NCBI GenBank assembly: GCA_050011435.1
Contig: JBEKJC010000006.1
Span: 86,754 to 150,753 of the forward strand
Direction: 5' to 3'
Source: Candidatus Binataceae bacterium
GTDB lineage: Bacteria; Desulfobacterota; Binatia; Binatales; Binataceae
DNA length: 64,000 nt
Shown: piece after piece, positions 1 to 10,300 of the stretch
How the letters are laid out: each line of letters opens with the position of its first letter
How positions within the stretch are numbered: position 1 is the first letter of the stretch
Translations under genes and position numbers: made by a program
Notes under the pieces: model-generated
The model's database searches: none
What the model saw: only the letters and a program-made list of their open reading frames with translations
What the model was told of the DNA's origin: nothing

Positions 1-194
1 TGACCGAAATCGGATGAGAGCCTGGCAACCAGGCGACTCGTCGCCGTCGAGCGTTTAATTAGCGCGAGCCGCCCGTCACCGCAAACAAAACTTAGATTGC
101 TGCGAACGTTCGGGCGCGGTCGTTCCGGATAGGTGGAGCCGGGGCGGCGGCGAGGCGAAAGAGGCCCGGGCCTTGGGTGCGAATTACAACCGGA

Positions 195-1145
195 TCAGTT
201 GATGCAGCTTCGTGGTTCTACTTGGCCGATGGTCGGCTCCGCAAACCAATAGTTGCTCGCACAATCCTGATTCGCGTCGAACAGATCCAGGTGATCGTTC
301 AGCCAGGCGGCGACGTTGACGACGCGATTGAAGTTATTTCCGGTGTCAATGGCGACACCGTATTGTTGGACGCCGCTGCTGGAAATTCCCGCGAGGCCCG
401 AGAAGACATAATTGTAATCACTCGCAACCGCGCCGCGCGGGCACAAGCCCTGCGGGCCCGTCGTCGAGCATCCGACATAGACTCCCGCCTGCGCGTTGTT
501 CTGGACCGAGAAGTTGCCGATGCTGTTGTGGCTCGAACTCTGCACCCAGACGCCATATCTGCCATTGCCGGAAGTCAGCGGCATTTGCAGAACGTCGTAG
601 CCGCCGCCGTCGATCCTGACCCCGTCGTTGAGGTTATTGGTCGCGGAAAAATTTGAAAGGTCGGCCTGTTGCACGTGATTGAGCAGGATGCCGGCGTCGG
701 TATTGGACAGCACGATGAAATTATCGGCCAACGCGCCGGCCGCGTCGATTTGGAGACCCACGCCGAAAGTCCGAATGGTTGAGCCGTTGCCCTCAATAAA
801 CGCCTTCGCCGCGGTTTTCATTACGTGAATCCCAACTGCGCTGGTCGCGCCGAAAAGACCGAAGTGGTTGAGATTCAACGAGACATTCGGCGCCGTGATG
901 ACCAGACAATCGCCCGCCGACGGCGACACAGCAACGAGATCGTTATCGACTTCGTAGAGGCCGGCCTTGGTAATTTTGCCGCAAGCCGTAATCGGTACTG
1001 GCGGCAGCGCAAACGCTGGCGCGGACGACCATACCGCTACGGCGGCTGACAGCAGCATGACTATCGCGTACCGGACGAGATCGACGGTTCGCTCCAGCCA
1101 TGTTGGGCGGTTGCGCCCAATCATTGAGAGGCGATTTTCATTCAC
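195..1145 (-). CDS. Secreted right-handed parallel beta-helix repeat protein (pectin-lyase-fold/NosD-like)
   Basis: 316-aa ORF with an N-terminal signal-like hydrophobic segment. Repeated G-x-x-(V/I)-x-x-N/S beta-helix rungs (NHVQQADL, NSIGNFSVQNN, GVYVGCST). Confidence 0.55.
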   Translation of the reverse strand: MNENRLSMIGRNRPTWLERTVDLVRYAIVMLLSAAVAVWSSAPAFALPPVPITACGKITKAGLYEVDNDLVAVSPSAGDCLVITAPNVSLNLNHFGLFGATSAVGIHVMKTAAKAFIEGNGSTIRTFGVGLQIDAAGALADNFIVLSNTDAGILLNHVQQADLSNFSATNNLNDGVRIDGGGYDVLQMPLTSGNGRYGVWVQSSSHNSIGNFSVQNNAQAGVYVGCSTTGPQGLCPRGAVASDYNYVFSGLAGISSSGVQQYGVAIDTGNNFNRVVNVAAWLNDHLDLFDANQDCASNYWFAEPTIGQVEPRSCIN

Positions 1146-1414
1146 GATTTAGCTCGCGACTCGCGCCAAAAAACGGAAGCGCACAATCGATAAAGGCTGA
1201 TAAACCAATCTATAGCAGAACAAGGTTGTCGTTGGCGAGTAGCAAAAATCAGCTATTTGAAGAATTTAATCTCAGGTTGGGGTTGATCGCGCGGACAACG
1301 GCAAACCTCCCGCCTTTGAACGCGCAATCGGCGTCGACGAAGCCCGCCTCGCTGAACCACTGTAGTGGTGTGGCCAACGGCGCGGTGTAATCGAACTTCA
1401 TCCTTTTCAGGTCA

Positions 1415-2554
1415 TCAAATCAGGGGGCCGCGGCGGGTGCGGCGCAGGTGCGTATACGCGCGCTGTGTGGCGACGCGGCCGCGCGCCGTGCGCGCAAGAA
1501 AACCCTCCTGCAACAGGTAGGGCTCGTACACCTCGCCGATAGTATCGGCCTCCTCGCCGACCGCCGCGGCGAGGCTCTCGACGCCGACCGGACCGCCGTC
1601 GAACTTATCGATGATCGCGGCCAGGATCGCGCGGTCCATGCGGTCAAATCCGCAAGCGTCGATTTCGAGCAGTTCGAGCGCCGCCAGCGCGACCTCGCGC
1701 GTGACCACCGCGGCACCGTTGACCTGGGCAAAGTCGCGCACGCGCCGGAGCAAGCGATTGGCGATACGCGGAGTGCCGCGCGAGCGGCCGGCGACTTCTT
1801 GTGCGCCGAGGTCGTCGAGGCGCACGTTCAGCAGGCGCGCCGAACGATGAACGATTTCGCTCAGGTCGGCACGGTCATAAAAGTCGAGATGGAAATGCTG
1901 GCCGAAGCGATCGCGCAACGGCGAACTGAGGAGTCCCGAACGCGTGGTCGCGCCAATCAACGTGAAAGGTTTTACCGCCAGACGCATGGAACGCGCCCCC
2001 GGCCCCTTGCCGACGACGATGTTGAGCTCGAAATCTTCCATCGCAGGGTAAAGGATTTCTTCGATTTGGCGCGCGAGACGATGAATCTCGTCGATGAAGA
2101 ACACGTCGCCCTCGTCGAGATCGTTGACGATCGCGGCGAGATCGCCGGCGCGCTCGATCGCGGGACCGGAGGTGGCGCGCAGGTTGACGCCGAGTTCGCG
2201 CGCGATGATGTGCGCGAGCGAAGTCTTGCCGAGCCCCGGCGGTCCGGAGAAGAGCACGTGATCGAGCACCTCGCCACGCTGGCGCGCAGCCTCGATCGAC
2301 ATCCCGAGGATTTTCTTGAGGCGCTCCTGACCGACGAAATCGTCGAGCGAACGCGGCCGCAGCGAAAGGTCAAAGACGACCTCTTCCTCGACGGCGGGCG
2401 GCGCTTCCACCAGCGCGCCGTCCTGGTCGCGAACAGCTTTGGCCTTGCGACCGGCTTTCGGCTGCGGCGCCACCTTGGTGGTTTCCCGAGGCGCGTCGCC
2501 GACTTCGATCCCGGTTTCGATTTCCGCGGTTTCGATTTGATGCTTACTTTTCAC
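1415..2554 (-). CDS. ruvB: Holliday junction DNA helicase RuvB (with ~45-aa K/A/P-rich N-terminal extension if the first ATG is used)
   Basis: Walker A ([11 protein letters not shown]), RuvB sensor motifs, and a conserved LRPxxLDDFVGQ start region. Sits in the yebC-ruvCAB operon context. Confidence 0.9.
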   Translation of the reverse strand: MKSKHQIETAEIETGIEVGDAPRETTKVAPQPKAGRKAKAVRDQDGALVEAPPAVEEEVVFDLSLRPRSLDDFVGQERLKKILGMSIEAARQRGEVLDHVLFSGPPGLGKTSLAHIIARELGVNLRATSGPAIERAGDLAAIVNDLDEGDVFFIDEIHRLARQIEEILYPAMEDFELNIVVGKGPGARSMRLAVKPFTLIGATTRSGLLSSPLRDRFGQHFHLDFYDRADLSEIVHRSARLLNVRLDDLGAQEVAGRSRGTPRIANRLLRRVRDFAQVNGAAVVTREVALAALELLEIDACGFDRMDRAILAAIIDKFDGGPVGVESLAAAVGEEADTIGEVYEPYLLQEGFLARTARGRVATQRAYTHLRRTRRGPLI

Positions 2555-3161
2555 CGAGCAGCACCGCGAGCGATTTTCGAATCAGCGCCTCGAGTCCCTC
2601 TGGCACGCTGTCCGCACCGATCGAATCGACCGCGCGCTTGGCTTCGACCGGCTTGTAACCGAGATTGACCAGCGCCGAAAGCGCGTCATCGAGCATCGGA
2701 TTTGCGCTGCCGTGCCCGTTAGCGGATGCGCTCGGACGTTCGGCCACGGACACGTTCAGCGCGGAGATTTTATCGCGCAATTCGCGCACACAACGCTCGG
2801 CAACCTTGGGACCAACGCCCGGCACGGCGTCGATTCGATCGACGTCCTCCTGCGTAATCGCGTCCACCAGATCCTCGGGCGACAGCACCGAGAGAATCGC
2901 AAGAGCGAGCTTTGGACCGACGTGCTGGACGCCGAGCAAAAGATCAAAAGCCTGCTTTTCCGACGCGGTCGCAAATCCATAGAGCGTAATCGAATCTTCG
3001 CGCACGACCTGGCGAATTTCGAGTTCGACCGGCGCGCCGGCCGCAGGGATGCGGTAGTAGGTTGCGAGCGGAATGAAAACCTCGTAGCCGACGCCGGCGG
3101 TATCGACCACGAGCCGGCCGGCTTCGCGAATTTTGACGCGGCCCGAGAGTGAAGCGATCAC
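2544..3161 (-). CDS. ruvA: Holliday junction DNA helicase RuvA
   Basis: Alignment-quality match to the RuvA N-terminus (VIASLSGRV...GVGYEVFIP...[10 protein letters not shown]). A GTG start overlaps the ruvC stop. The longer ORF 5' part is R/A-rich gibberish. Confidence 0.8.
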   Translation of the reverse strand: MIASLSGRVKIREAGRLVVDTAGVGYEVFIPLATYYRIPAAGAPVELEIRQVVREDSITLYGFATASEKQAFDLLLGVQHVGPKLALAILSVLSPEDLVDAITQEDVDRIDAVPGVGPKVAERCVRELRDKISALNVSVAERPSASANGHGSANPMLDDALSALVNLGYKPVEAKRAVDSIGADSVPEGLEALIRKSLAVLLGEK

Positions 3162-3712
3162 GGCTTCACTCCCAAAAGTGAGACTGAACGGACCGGACGC
3201 CGCGGCATCGACTTGCGGCCCGCGGGCCGTTGCACCGATAGCGGCATCTTGGCGCGGAAGAGATGGCACAGCGAGATCGCAAGAGCGTCGGTGGCGTCTT
3301 CGGCGAGATCGCCGGGGACGCCGGCGCCGATCGTGCGCTGGACCATTTCCTTGACTTGCCGCTTATCGGCGCGCCCGTAGCCGGCGATTGAAAGCTTCAC
3401 GTCGGTGGGAGTGTATTCGAAAAGATCCAGTCCACGATGCGCCGCCGCCAGCATCACCATCGCGCGCGCCTCGCCTAGCTTGAACGCGCTTTGAATGTTA
3501 ACGGCGACGAAGCTGCGCTCCAGACTAATCGCGTCGGGAGCGTGGGCGTCGATTACGTAGATCAATTTTTCGTAGATGGCAGCGAGCCGGGCCGGACCGC
3601 GCAGCGTGCCGGCGCGAATCGTTCCCGCGGTGATGTAGGTTAGATCACCGCCGCGATCGACTATGCCAAAGCCGGTGATCGCGTTGCCGGGGTCCACTCC
3701 AAGTACCCGCAT
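3158..3712 (-). CDS. ruvC: Crossover junction endodeoxyribonuclease RuvC
   Basis: MRVLGVDPG...GFGIV RuvC N-terminus with a GAGGTG SD 9 nt upstream. Conserved RNaseH-fold acidic residues. Confidence 0.9.
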   Translation of the reverse strand: MRVLGVDPGNAITGFGIVDRGGDLTYITAGTIRAGTLRGPARLAAIYEKLIYVIDAHAPDAISLERSFVAVNIQSAFKLGEARAMVMLAAAHRGLDLFEYTPTDVKLSIAGYGRADKRQVKEMVQRTIGAGVPGDLAEDATDALAISLCHLFRAKMPLSVQRPAGRKSMPRRPVRSVSLLGVKP

Positions 3713-3766
3713 TCCCACACCTCAACCACCACCGCCCGTCACTTCAAGTGCAACGCGCAAGGGCAT

Positions 3767-4519
3767 TTACGCCGCCGAGAATTGCGCCATCACTTCGTCA
3801 TCGATATCAAAATTGGACGAAACGCTCTGAACGTCGTCGTGATCTTCGAGCTCTTCCATCATCTTGAGGACCTGCTCGGCGGCGTGGCCTGAAACCTTGA
3901 CGGTGTTCTCCGGCATCATGGTTACTTCGGCGCCAACCATCGCGATACCGGCCTTTTCGATGGCGTCGCGCACGGTCTGAAACTTCTCCGGCGCGGTCAT
4001 TACCTGGTAGCCCTCTTCTTCGCTGAGCACGTCGTCGGCGCCGGCGTCGAGCGCCAATTCGATGAGCTTGTCCTCGTCGGCGGCGCCCTTTTCGACCGAG
4101 ATCACGCCACGCTTCTTGAACATCCACGCGACGCATCCGGACTCGCCGAGGTTGCCGCCGTGACGCGACAAGATATAGCGCAATTCGGCGACGACACGGT
4201 TGCGATTGTCGGTGAAGACGTCGATTATCACGGCGACGCCGCCGGCGCCGTAACCCTCGTAAACGATTTGTTCGAGCTGGCCGCCGCCAAGTTCTCCGGT
4301 GCCCTTTTTGATCGCGCGATCGATGTTATCGTTGGGCATCGACTGTTGGCGGGCGGTGAGGACCGCCGTGCGCAGGCGCGGATTAGCGTTGATGTCGCCG
4401 CCGCCGAGGCGCGCCGCGATAGTGATTTCCTTGATCAGCTTGGTGAAGAGCTTGCCGCGTTTGGCGTCGCGTGCGCCCTTCTTGTGCTTGATCGAGCTCC
4501 ACTTGGAATGACCTGACAT
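3767..4519 (-). CDS. yebC: YebC/PmpR family DNA-binding transcriptional regulator
   Basis: [28 protein letters not shown] hallmark N-terminus. The ORF upstream of the internal Met is non-homologous. Start estimated by codon arithmetic (+/-1 nt). Confidence 0.9.
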   Translation of the reverse strand: MSGHSKWSSIKHKKGARDAKRGKLFTKLIKEITIAARLGGGDINANPRLRTAVLTARQQSMPNDNIDRAIKKGTGELGGGQLEQIVYEGYGAGGVAVIIDVFTDNRNRVVAELRYILSRHGGNLGESGCVAWMFKKRGVISVEKGAADEDKLIELALDAGADDVLSEEEGYQVMTAPEKFQTVRDAIEKAGIAMVGAEVTMMPENTVKVSGHAAEQVLKMMEELEDHDDVQSVSSNFDIDDEVMAQFSAA

Positions 4520-4704
4520 GACCGTTAGCCTCCGGGGCCGCCCTTGCATGGCGATTCCCGTCCGCTGGCAGCGTAGCATAGACGGCGGGCGCTGGGGGAG
4601 CAGGTCAAGCGCGCTCAGCGGAGAGGCAGCAACCGTTGCGCGCGGAGGGCGGTCGTGGCGGAGGATATAGTCGTCGGCTACATCCTCCGCCATCTATGGG
4701 ATGG

Positions 4705-5220
4705 CTATGGGGTTTGCCTGGGCGGCTTCGCTTCGTCGAACTTCAGTGACAGCTCCGCGATCCCGGCGGCGACATTGAGGCCGTTCTGGCCCTCGATCGA
4801 GACCGGCTGAAGCGCGATCGACGTCTTGAATCCGCCAACGAGGACGTTAGCGCCGGCACCTACGCCGAGCGCCACACTGGCGGTGGCACCGCCGTAATGG
4901 CCAGCCAGCGCACCCGGGTTAAGATTGCTGGTGGGGGCGACCACGGCCCACAGAATGACGGCCGAGGAGAGATAGCCAATGTCGGCGCCAAACTTGGTGA
5001 TCGAGCCCGTATAGTATTCGGTGTAGTTCTTGTCCCTTGCGTAGGCGCACTTGACGTCACGCGAGGAGCCGAAGACAAAGCCCCATCCGCTCGCGACGTG
5101 GCAGGTCAGGTAGCCCGCACGGACGGTCGCCTTATCCTGCGCATGCGCGGAAGGCACGCACAGTCCTATCGCCGCCATCATTAGGGCAGCGCTGACGAGG
5201 TTGCGAATTCGTACGTTCAT
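4705..5220 (-). CDS. Secreted DUF992-like protein (signal peptide, conserved Cys pair)
   Basis: Signal peptide MMAAIGLCVPSAHA. The GYLTCHV..GSSRDVKC pattern is typical of the DUF992 family. Gly/Ala-rich C-terminus. Confidence 0.55.
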   Translation of the reverse strand: MNVRIRNLVSAALMMAAIGLCVPSAHAQDKATVRAGYLTCHVASGWGFVFGSSRDVKCAYARDKNYTEYYTGSITKFGADIGYLSSAVILWAVVAPTSNLNPGALAGHYGGATASVALGVGAGANVLVGGFKTSIALQPVSIEGQNGLNVAAGIAELSLKFDEAKPPRQTP

Positions 5221-5695
5221 TCAGATCCTTCTCCTTGCGCTGGATACTTCGCACACGGCCCGTTCCAGCTTTACGGACAATCGGTTTCGAGGATCGCGCA
5301 CGGCGGCCGTACACACTTGAATCTCTTCGGCAGGCGATTCCGGTCCAACGGGCCGGACTGCGATCCGGGAAGAATCTCGAGTTCGCGCTCACTGCCGATG
5401 CCTTTGCGGTTGGAAGCCGCCGGCAATTAGGAATCTGCGGGAAATGCGGCGGTCGGCAAACTTCACTCAGTCTCGGTCGAAAACGAACGATCGGTAGTTC
5501 GGTGGCAAGACTAGCGCCAGATTGTTGCGGGAGGCAAATTATTTCTACTCGACCGATACAGGTGACAGATGTTTGATTTGGCCGGGTAATGCCGCGATCG
5601 CGCGTGGACGGCGGTCGAAGTGCTCTCGATCGTCAACCGTAGCCGCCCCGGTTCGAGTCGCGTCGCATGCGTTTATGCTATTTGGATGGTCGACG

Positions 5696-6226
5696 ATGAA
5701 ACGGTTGTTCTGTTCCCTCTTCCTGGCGTTAGCCGCGGCCGGGTGTTTTTATCCACCGACAGCAAAGCCGGTGGCCGACGATAAATACCAACTGACGCTC
5801 GCGCTGCCGTTCGACCTCGCCTGGGATGCGGTGCATACGGTGATCGCCGATAACGGCCTTCACATCATCGCCGAGGATCCGAACAACGGGATTATCGAGA
5901 GCCAGGCGGTCACCGGCTTCGATCTGAAGGACGCCGACTGCGGCGACCTCCGAGGAATCGCGACCAAGTATCACGCCGAGCCGGATGCCGGATCTTCAGC
6001 GGTCTATAATTTCGCGGTGAAGCCTCAGGGCAATGAAGCGAGCGTCGTCAGTCTGCAGGCGGTCTTCACTTCACCGCTGCACGTGCCGCTGCGTACCATG
6101 AGCGAGGAGAATTGCGTTTCACGCGGACTGCAGGAGGCGCGGTTGTTGAAGGAGATCGCGCAGCAGGCGCAGAGGGAGCATCGGCCGGAGTTCAAGCCGC
6201 CGGAGGAGGGGGAAAGGAGATCGTGA
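5696..6226 (+). CDS. Lipoprotein of unknown function
   Basis: MKRLFCSLFLALAAAGC lipobox at an internal ATG (5696). The upstream ORF part lacks coding character. Confidence 0.5.
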   Translation: MKRLFCSLFLALAAAGCFYPPTAKPVADDKYQLTLALPFDLAWDAVHTVIADNGLHIIAEDPNNGIIESQAVTGFDLKDADCGDLRGIATKYHAEPDAGSSAVYNFAVKPQGNEASVVSLQAVFTSPLHVPLRTMSEENCVSRGLQEARLLKEIAQQAQREHRPEFKPPEEGERRS

Positions 6227-6420
6227 AACCTTTGAAAGGTTTCACACTTCCCACAGTGATAGACCCAGTCCCACAGTGATAGACCCAGGTCGGTCTTGCG
6301 GATCGTGTCGATAACACCCTTCGCGGACACGGAAGCGAGGTGCTTTTTTTCAGTGATTGACGAGCAGACCAACAGTCTTGACCTGACTTTTCGGACCGCT
6401 CGCGATGCTCGGGTAAGCGG
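6223..6420. repeat. Intergenic repeat element, copy 1 (hairpin module + tandem 19-bp duplication + inverted box module)
   Basis: GTGAAACCTTTGAAAGGTTTCACACTTCCC hairpin, then 2x CCCACAGTGATAGACCCAG. It also contains the reverse complement of CCCGAGCAnCGCGAGCAGTCCGAAAAGTCAGGTCAAGACTGTTGG, which occurs at 33.8 kb and 10.7 kb. Confidence 0.8.
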
Positions 6421-6544
6421 CCAAGCCCAACGGTAGCGGCGAGCGCAAATGCCTGGAATACGCGCGCAGCATCGCGCGAGATCCTTCGCGGCCTCAGGAT
6501 GACACAAGAAACGCTTTCATCACTAGTGACGACGTGGACGCCCG

Positions 6545-7318
6545 TTAGGTCTCCGACACGCTTGCACTAAAAAGCCACCATCCGACGGCGGCGAGAATTA
6601 TGAAGGCGACGAAGACCGCGACGAGGCTCCAGGTCTGGCCGATCGGTCCAGTGACTTCGTCCTTGCGGATCTGTTCGAGATTGAACACGTATTTTTCACC
6701 CGGCGGCGGACCGTCAACTTTGACGACGCTGGCGCGGCGAAAGAAGGCCTTGCCGCGGTTGAGGTTCATGAAGCCGCCGAGTCGCAAAGCCACGTCGACG
6801 TCGCCGCCTTTCGGGCCGACGCGAAGATAAAAGCCGAGTCTGGTCCAATCATTGGTGCGCTTGAGATCGGCCGACATGATGCTGTCCTCGAGCACGCTGA
6901 TGGTCGCGCCGATGAAGAAGGGCAGGATCTTATCGGTGCGCGCCTCGACGCTGACGTAATACCATCCGGGGCCGAGTGACACGGTCTGCAGCCAGCGCGC
7001 GTCGTTGTCGTGATGAGTGTCGATCTCGACCTCGGCGGGTTCCGCGCCGACGGGCGGGATCCATTTGAATTCCGTAGCCGTGGGCGAGAGGATCCACGCG
7101 TCCACGCGCCATCCGTCGCAGGAGGCGCCCGAGCGGCGAGCGAAGTCGCCGTTGTTGAGCAGGTTGACGTTGGCGGGGCGGGCAACTCGCGGCCCCATTA
7201 TCACAGCCAGCGTCACCGCCGCGATCGTGAGGGCAATACGGACGGCGCCGCAACGCGCCATTGGTCGGATTTTGCGCGCGCCTAAGCGTTCAAAGTTGTA
7301 CTCGTTCCGGCGACTCAT
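6545..7318 (-). CDS. Bitopic membrane protein with CBM4_9/galactose-binding-like domain, translationally coupled to the upstream glycosyltransferase
   Basis: N-terminal TM (IALTIAAVTLAVIM), an NLLNNGDFA..GW motif typical of CBM_4_9 domains, and a C-terminal TM (LVAVFVAFIILAAVGWWLF). Its ATG lies 4 nt after the upstream gene stop. Confidence 0.5.
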   Translation of the reverse strand: MSRRNEYNFERLGARKIRPMARCGAVRIALTIAAVTLAVIMGPRVARPANVNLLNNGDFARRSGASCDGWRVDAWILSPTATEFKWIPPVGAEPAEVEIDTHHDNDARWLQTVSLGPGWYYVSVEARTDKILPFFIGATISVLEDSIMSADLKRTNDWTRLGFYLRVGPKGGDVDVALRLGGFMNLNRGKAFFRRASVVKVDGPPPGEKYVFNLEQIRKDEVTGPIGQTWSLVAVFVAFIILAAVGWWLFSASVSET

Positions 7319-7322
7319 GATG

Positions 7323-10300
7323 TCAGATCCAATTCCGCAGGCCGGGGCCCTCGAGCCACATGCGCGCGTAGTAGCCCGCGCGCGCAATCGGCAGAGCGAT
7401 CCACACTGGCAAGTAGTAGATGAAGATGCCGAACGCGCAGCCGAGGAATGCGAGACAAACAAAGCGGCCGCTGAGTTGTGGTCGTTTCCTGAGCGGAATC
7501 CATGCGAAGGTCAGCAGCAGCACGAACGGCAGGCCCGCGGCCGGGCGCAGGCTTTCAGAGATGAAGCTCGGCTTGAGTGCGACGGCTATATGCCCGAGTC
7601 CGAGGGCGAGCGCCGGCAGCATCGTCAGCAGCACGGCGAAGGTTTCCCACAGCTCGCAGTTGCCTTCCCAGAAATCGGCTAGTATGGCGCCGAGCGCGAG
7701 ATAGCCGAGAAAGATCGAAGGCATGTAGTGATAGAGAAACAGGATGCGGCCGATGGGGATCCAGATTACAAAGTTCGCCAGATAGCCAATCACGAGGAAA
7801 GTGCGGGTCAGGCCAGGACGTTCAAGCGCGCGCACCGCGGTGATCGTCATCGCGGGAATCACGCCCCACCACAGGATCGGATTGCCGGCGCCCCAGATGG
7901 TCGCGACGTCGCCTTTATCGGGGAAATTCTGCCAATAGGCGACCGGCCGCAGCATCAGCGGCCAGCTCCACCAGGGCGAAGCATAAGGATGCGTCGCGGT
8001 CGAGACGCTTTTCTCGTACCACATCACGTCCTTGTAGTAGTGAAAGAGGTCCGCGATGCCGCCCCACCATCCGAGGTAGTAATGCGGCAGAAAGCAGGCG
8101 AGATAGAAGACCGCCGCGATTCCACCCAGCATGAGGACCGCGCCGGCGATGCGCCGATCGCGCACTTTTGCGCTAATCGCTTTGGCTCGCGCGAGTTCCG
8201 GCCGGGCCAGCGTGTAAACGATAAATCCGGTGACCAGCATGAAGGCGATCGCCGGCACGTAAAGTTTCGAACCCAGGCAGAGACCGAGCGAGATACCGAG
8301 AAAGACCAGAGTGCGGCGACGATCGCGCCAATCAGGATTCTGGATAAAGCGGAACATCAGCAAGTAGGAGATCGCGGCGAAGGTCAGGTACACGATATCG
8401 ATCACGGCGATGCGTGAATCGACGAGGAAGAAGCCGTCGGACACGATGAAGCTTGCGGCCAGCGCGGCGGCCAGACGCGAGCGGAACATCCTGCGTCCAA
8501 GCAGATAGGTGACGCCGGCGAGGATGGTGCCCATCGTCGCGACGCCGAGGCGCCAGGCCCATGGAACATCGCCGAAGAGTTTGATGCCGAGCACGATCAG
8601 AATCTTGGCCAGCGGCGGGTGCGGATCGAGAAAGGTCTCGCCGCGCAGGTAATGGCGCGCCTGCCCGACGAAATGAACTTCGTCGAAGACCAGTTCATTG
8701 GGATGGCCGAGGTGCCAGAAGCGCAGGGCGGCGGCGACCGCGAGCACCACGAACAGCACGATGGTATCGGTATGCAGCCACGGAAAAGGGGTGTAGGTCT
8801 CCGCCGGCGGCGGACCGAGTTTGAACCAGCCGTGGCTGGTCGCGATCGGAGTATCGCCAGCCTTGCCTATCGCGGCGACCTTGGCCGCGCTTTTTTTGGG
8901 CGCCCCGCCTTCTTCCTCTGCAGCCATCTCCGCCCCCGCCAGATTCGCGTTTGCCCGGGCCCAGCCGTAACCGGCCACTGCCGCGAACGCAACCAGATTA
9001 ACCAGTGACGCGGCCATCGCAAAGATGTCGCGCGAATCGAGGAAAACCGCCAACTGAAGCGCGTGCAGCACGTACGCAAGATTGAACAGGCAGGTCAGCG
9101 TCAGCAGGACGAAGACCCCCAACATCGCGGGTTCGGCCAGCGCGAGCGGCAACGCAAATACGACGGCGGCATAAAAGTAGCGCTCGTGCATGCGCGGCGC
9201 CAGCATGAAAAATCCAAACATCGCGAGAAACGAGCAGAACAGCAGATTGCGCTGGTCGGGCGCGCGCCACAGGAGCCACGCGACAAACGCATAAAACGGC
9301 ACCAGCGCCGTCATCCCGATGGCGAAATACGATATGCCGAACACGGTTTGCGCGTCCGATTCGCGCAATCCGCCGATCAGCGCCATCAGGTTGAACGCGT
9401 TGACCGAAGTTTCGCGGTAGTAGGCCGCGCCGCTGACATAGAGGTCCGGAAGCCAACTCAACGGATGACCAATCTGGAACGGTGCCGCTCCGATCACCAC
9501 GATAGCCGCGAACGCCAGGATGGAGCGCCACCATTTGCGCGGCTCGAGGCGTAGCAGCGTCCACAGTCCGAGCATCGGCATGAGCGAAAATGCCTGTGGC
9601 TTGATCAGGACCGCGAGCGCGGCGAGACCCCAGCCGACTTCGAATTCGGCTTCGAGCATCATCGCGACGCTGAGAAAGAGCGTCAACGTGAGCGGCGAAT
9701 CGGTCTGTCCCCACACCACGGAATCGAACAGGAGCGCGGGATTGAGTGCGACCAGGGCGAGGGCAATCCAGGCTGAACGCAGGCCCAGCAGACGCCGGAC
9801 GAACAGATACACCGCGAGCGCGAGCGCAAAGTCGCCGATCAGCGGCGGCATCTGGATGATGACTTTGAGGGCCTGGCCGCCGTCGATGCCCAGCGCGCTC
9901 GCCAGCGCGCCCGCAGCCCATAGCGCATAGAGATAGCCCGGCGGGTAGTCGAGAAAGTAGCCTTGCTGATAGGTGCGTGCCGGACCCACGGCGGTGATCT
10001 TAAGCGCCCACGCCTCGTAGGTGCCGAGGTCAACGCTGAAGCCGCTGAACAGCGAGAGCGCAAAGGCTTTGAGCGCGAGCAAGCCGGTGAGCAGCAGCAG
10101 GACGCGCTTCAGATCGCGATCGCGCTCATGCACGAGCGGCCGTGCGAGCAGCCAGAGCGCATAGCACAGCAGCGCCGCCAGGATTGCTCCCGCGACGACG
10201 CCGGCGGGCTTACCGGTCGCCATGGGCGCGGACTGGCCGGCCGCGTAAGCGTACGCGCTGCGCGGCATCGCGAGGGTCGCGAACGCGATCGCCAAACCGA

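Noticed and set aside
1448-2668. 406-aa ORF on + strand antisense to ruvB. Similar long antisense ORFs at 19106-21523, 44784-47063 and 58895-60397.
   Set aside because: R/A/G-rich low-complexity translations fully overlapping well-supported genes. Typical shadow ORFs of high-GC DNA.
3165-3269. 5' extensions of several ORFs (ruvA, yebC 4520-4693, ribBA 16507-16743, ribD 17703-17792, yceD 22291-22563, glycerate kinase 25982-26230, acpP 18824-18916)
   Set aside because: The extensions are non-homologous, R/S/P-rich, and overlap neighbouring genes or repeats. Conserved N-termini and SDs support internal starts.
6252-6292. Tandem direct repeat considered as a CRISPR array
   Set aside because: Only two immediately adjacent 19-bp copies without spacers. 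No cas genes.
6025-6507. 160-aa ORF spanning the repeat element
   Set aside because: It lies inside a repeat copy, is Cys/Arg-rich with no coding periodicity, and has no RBS.
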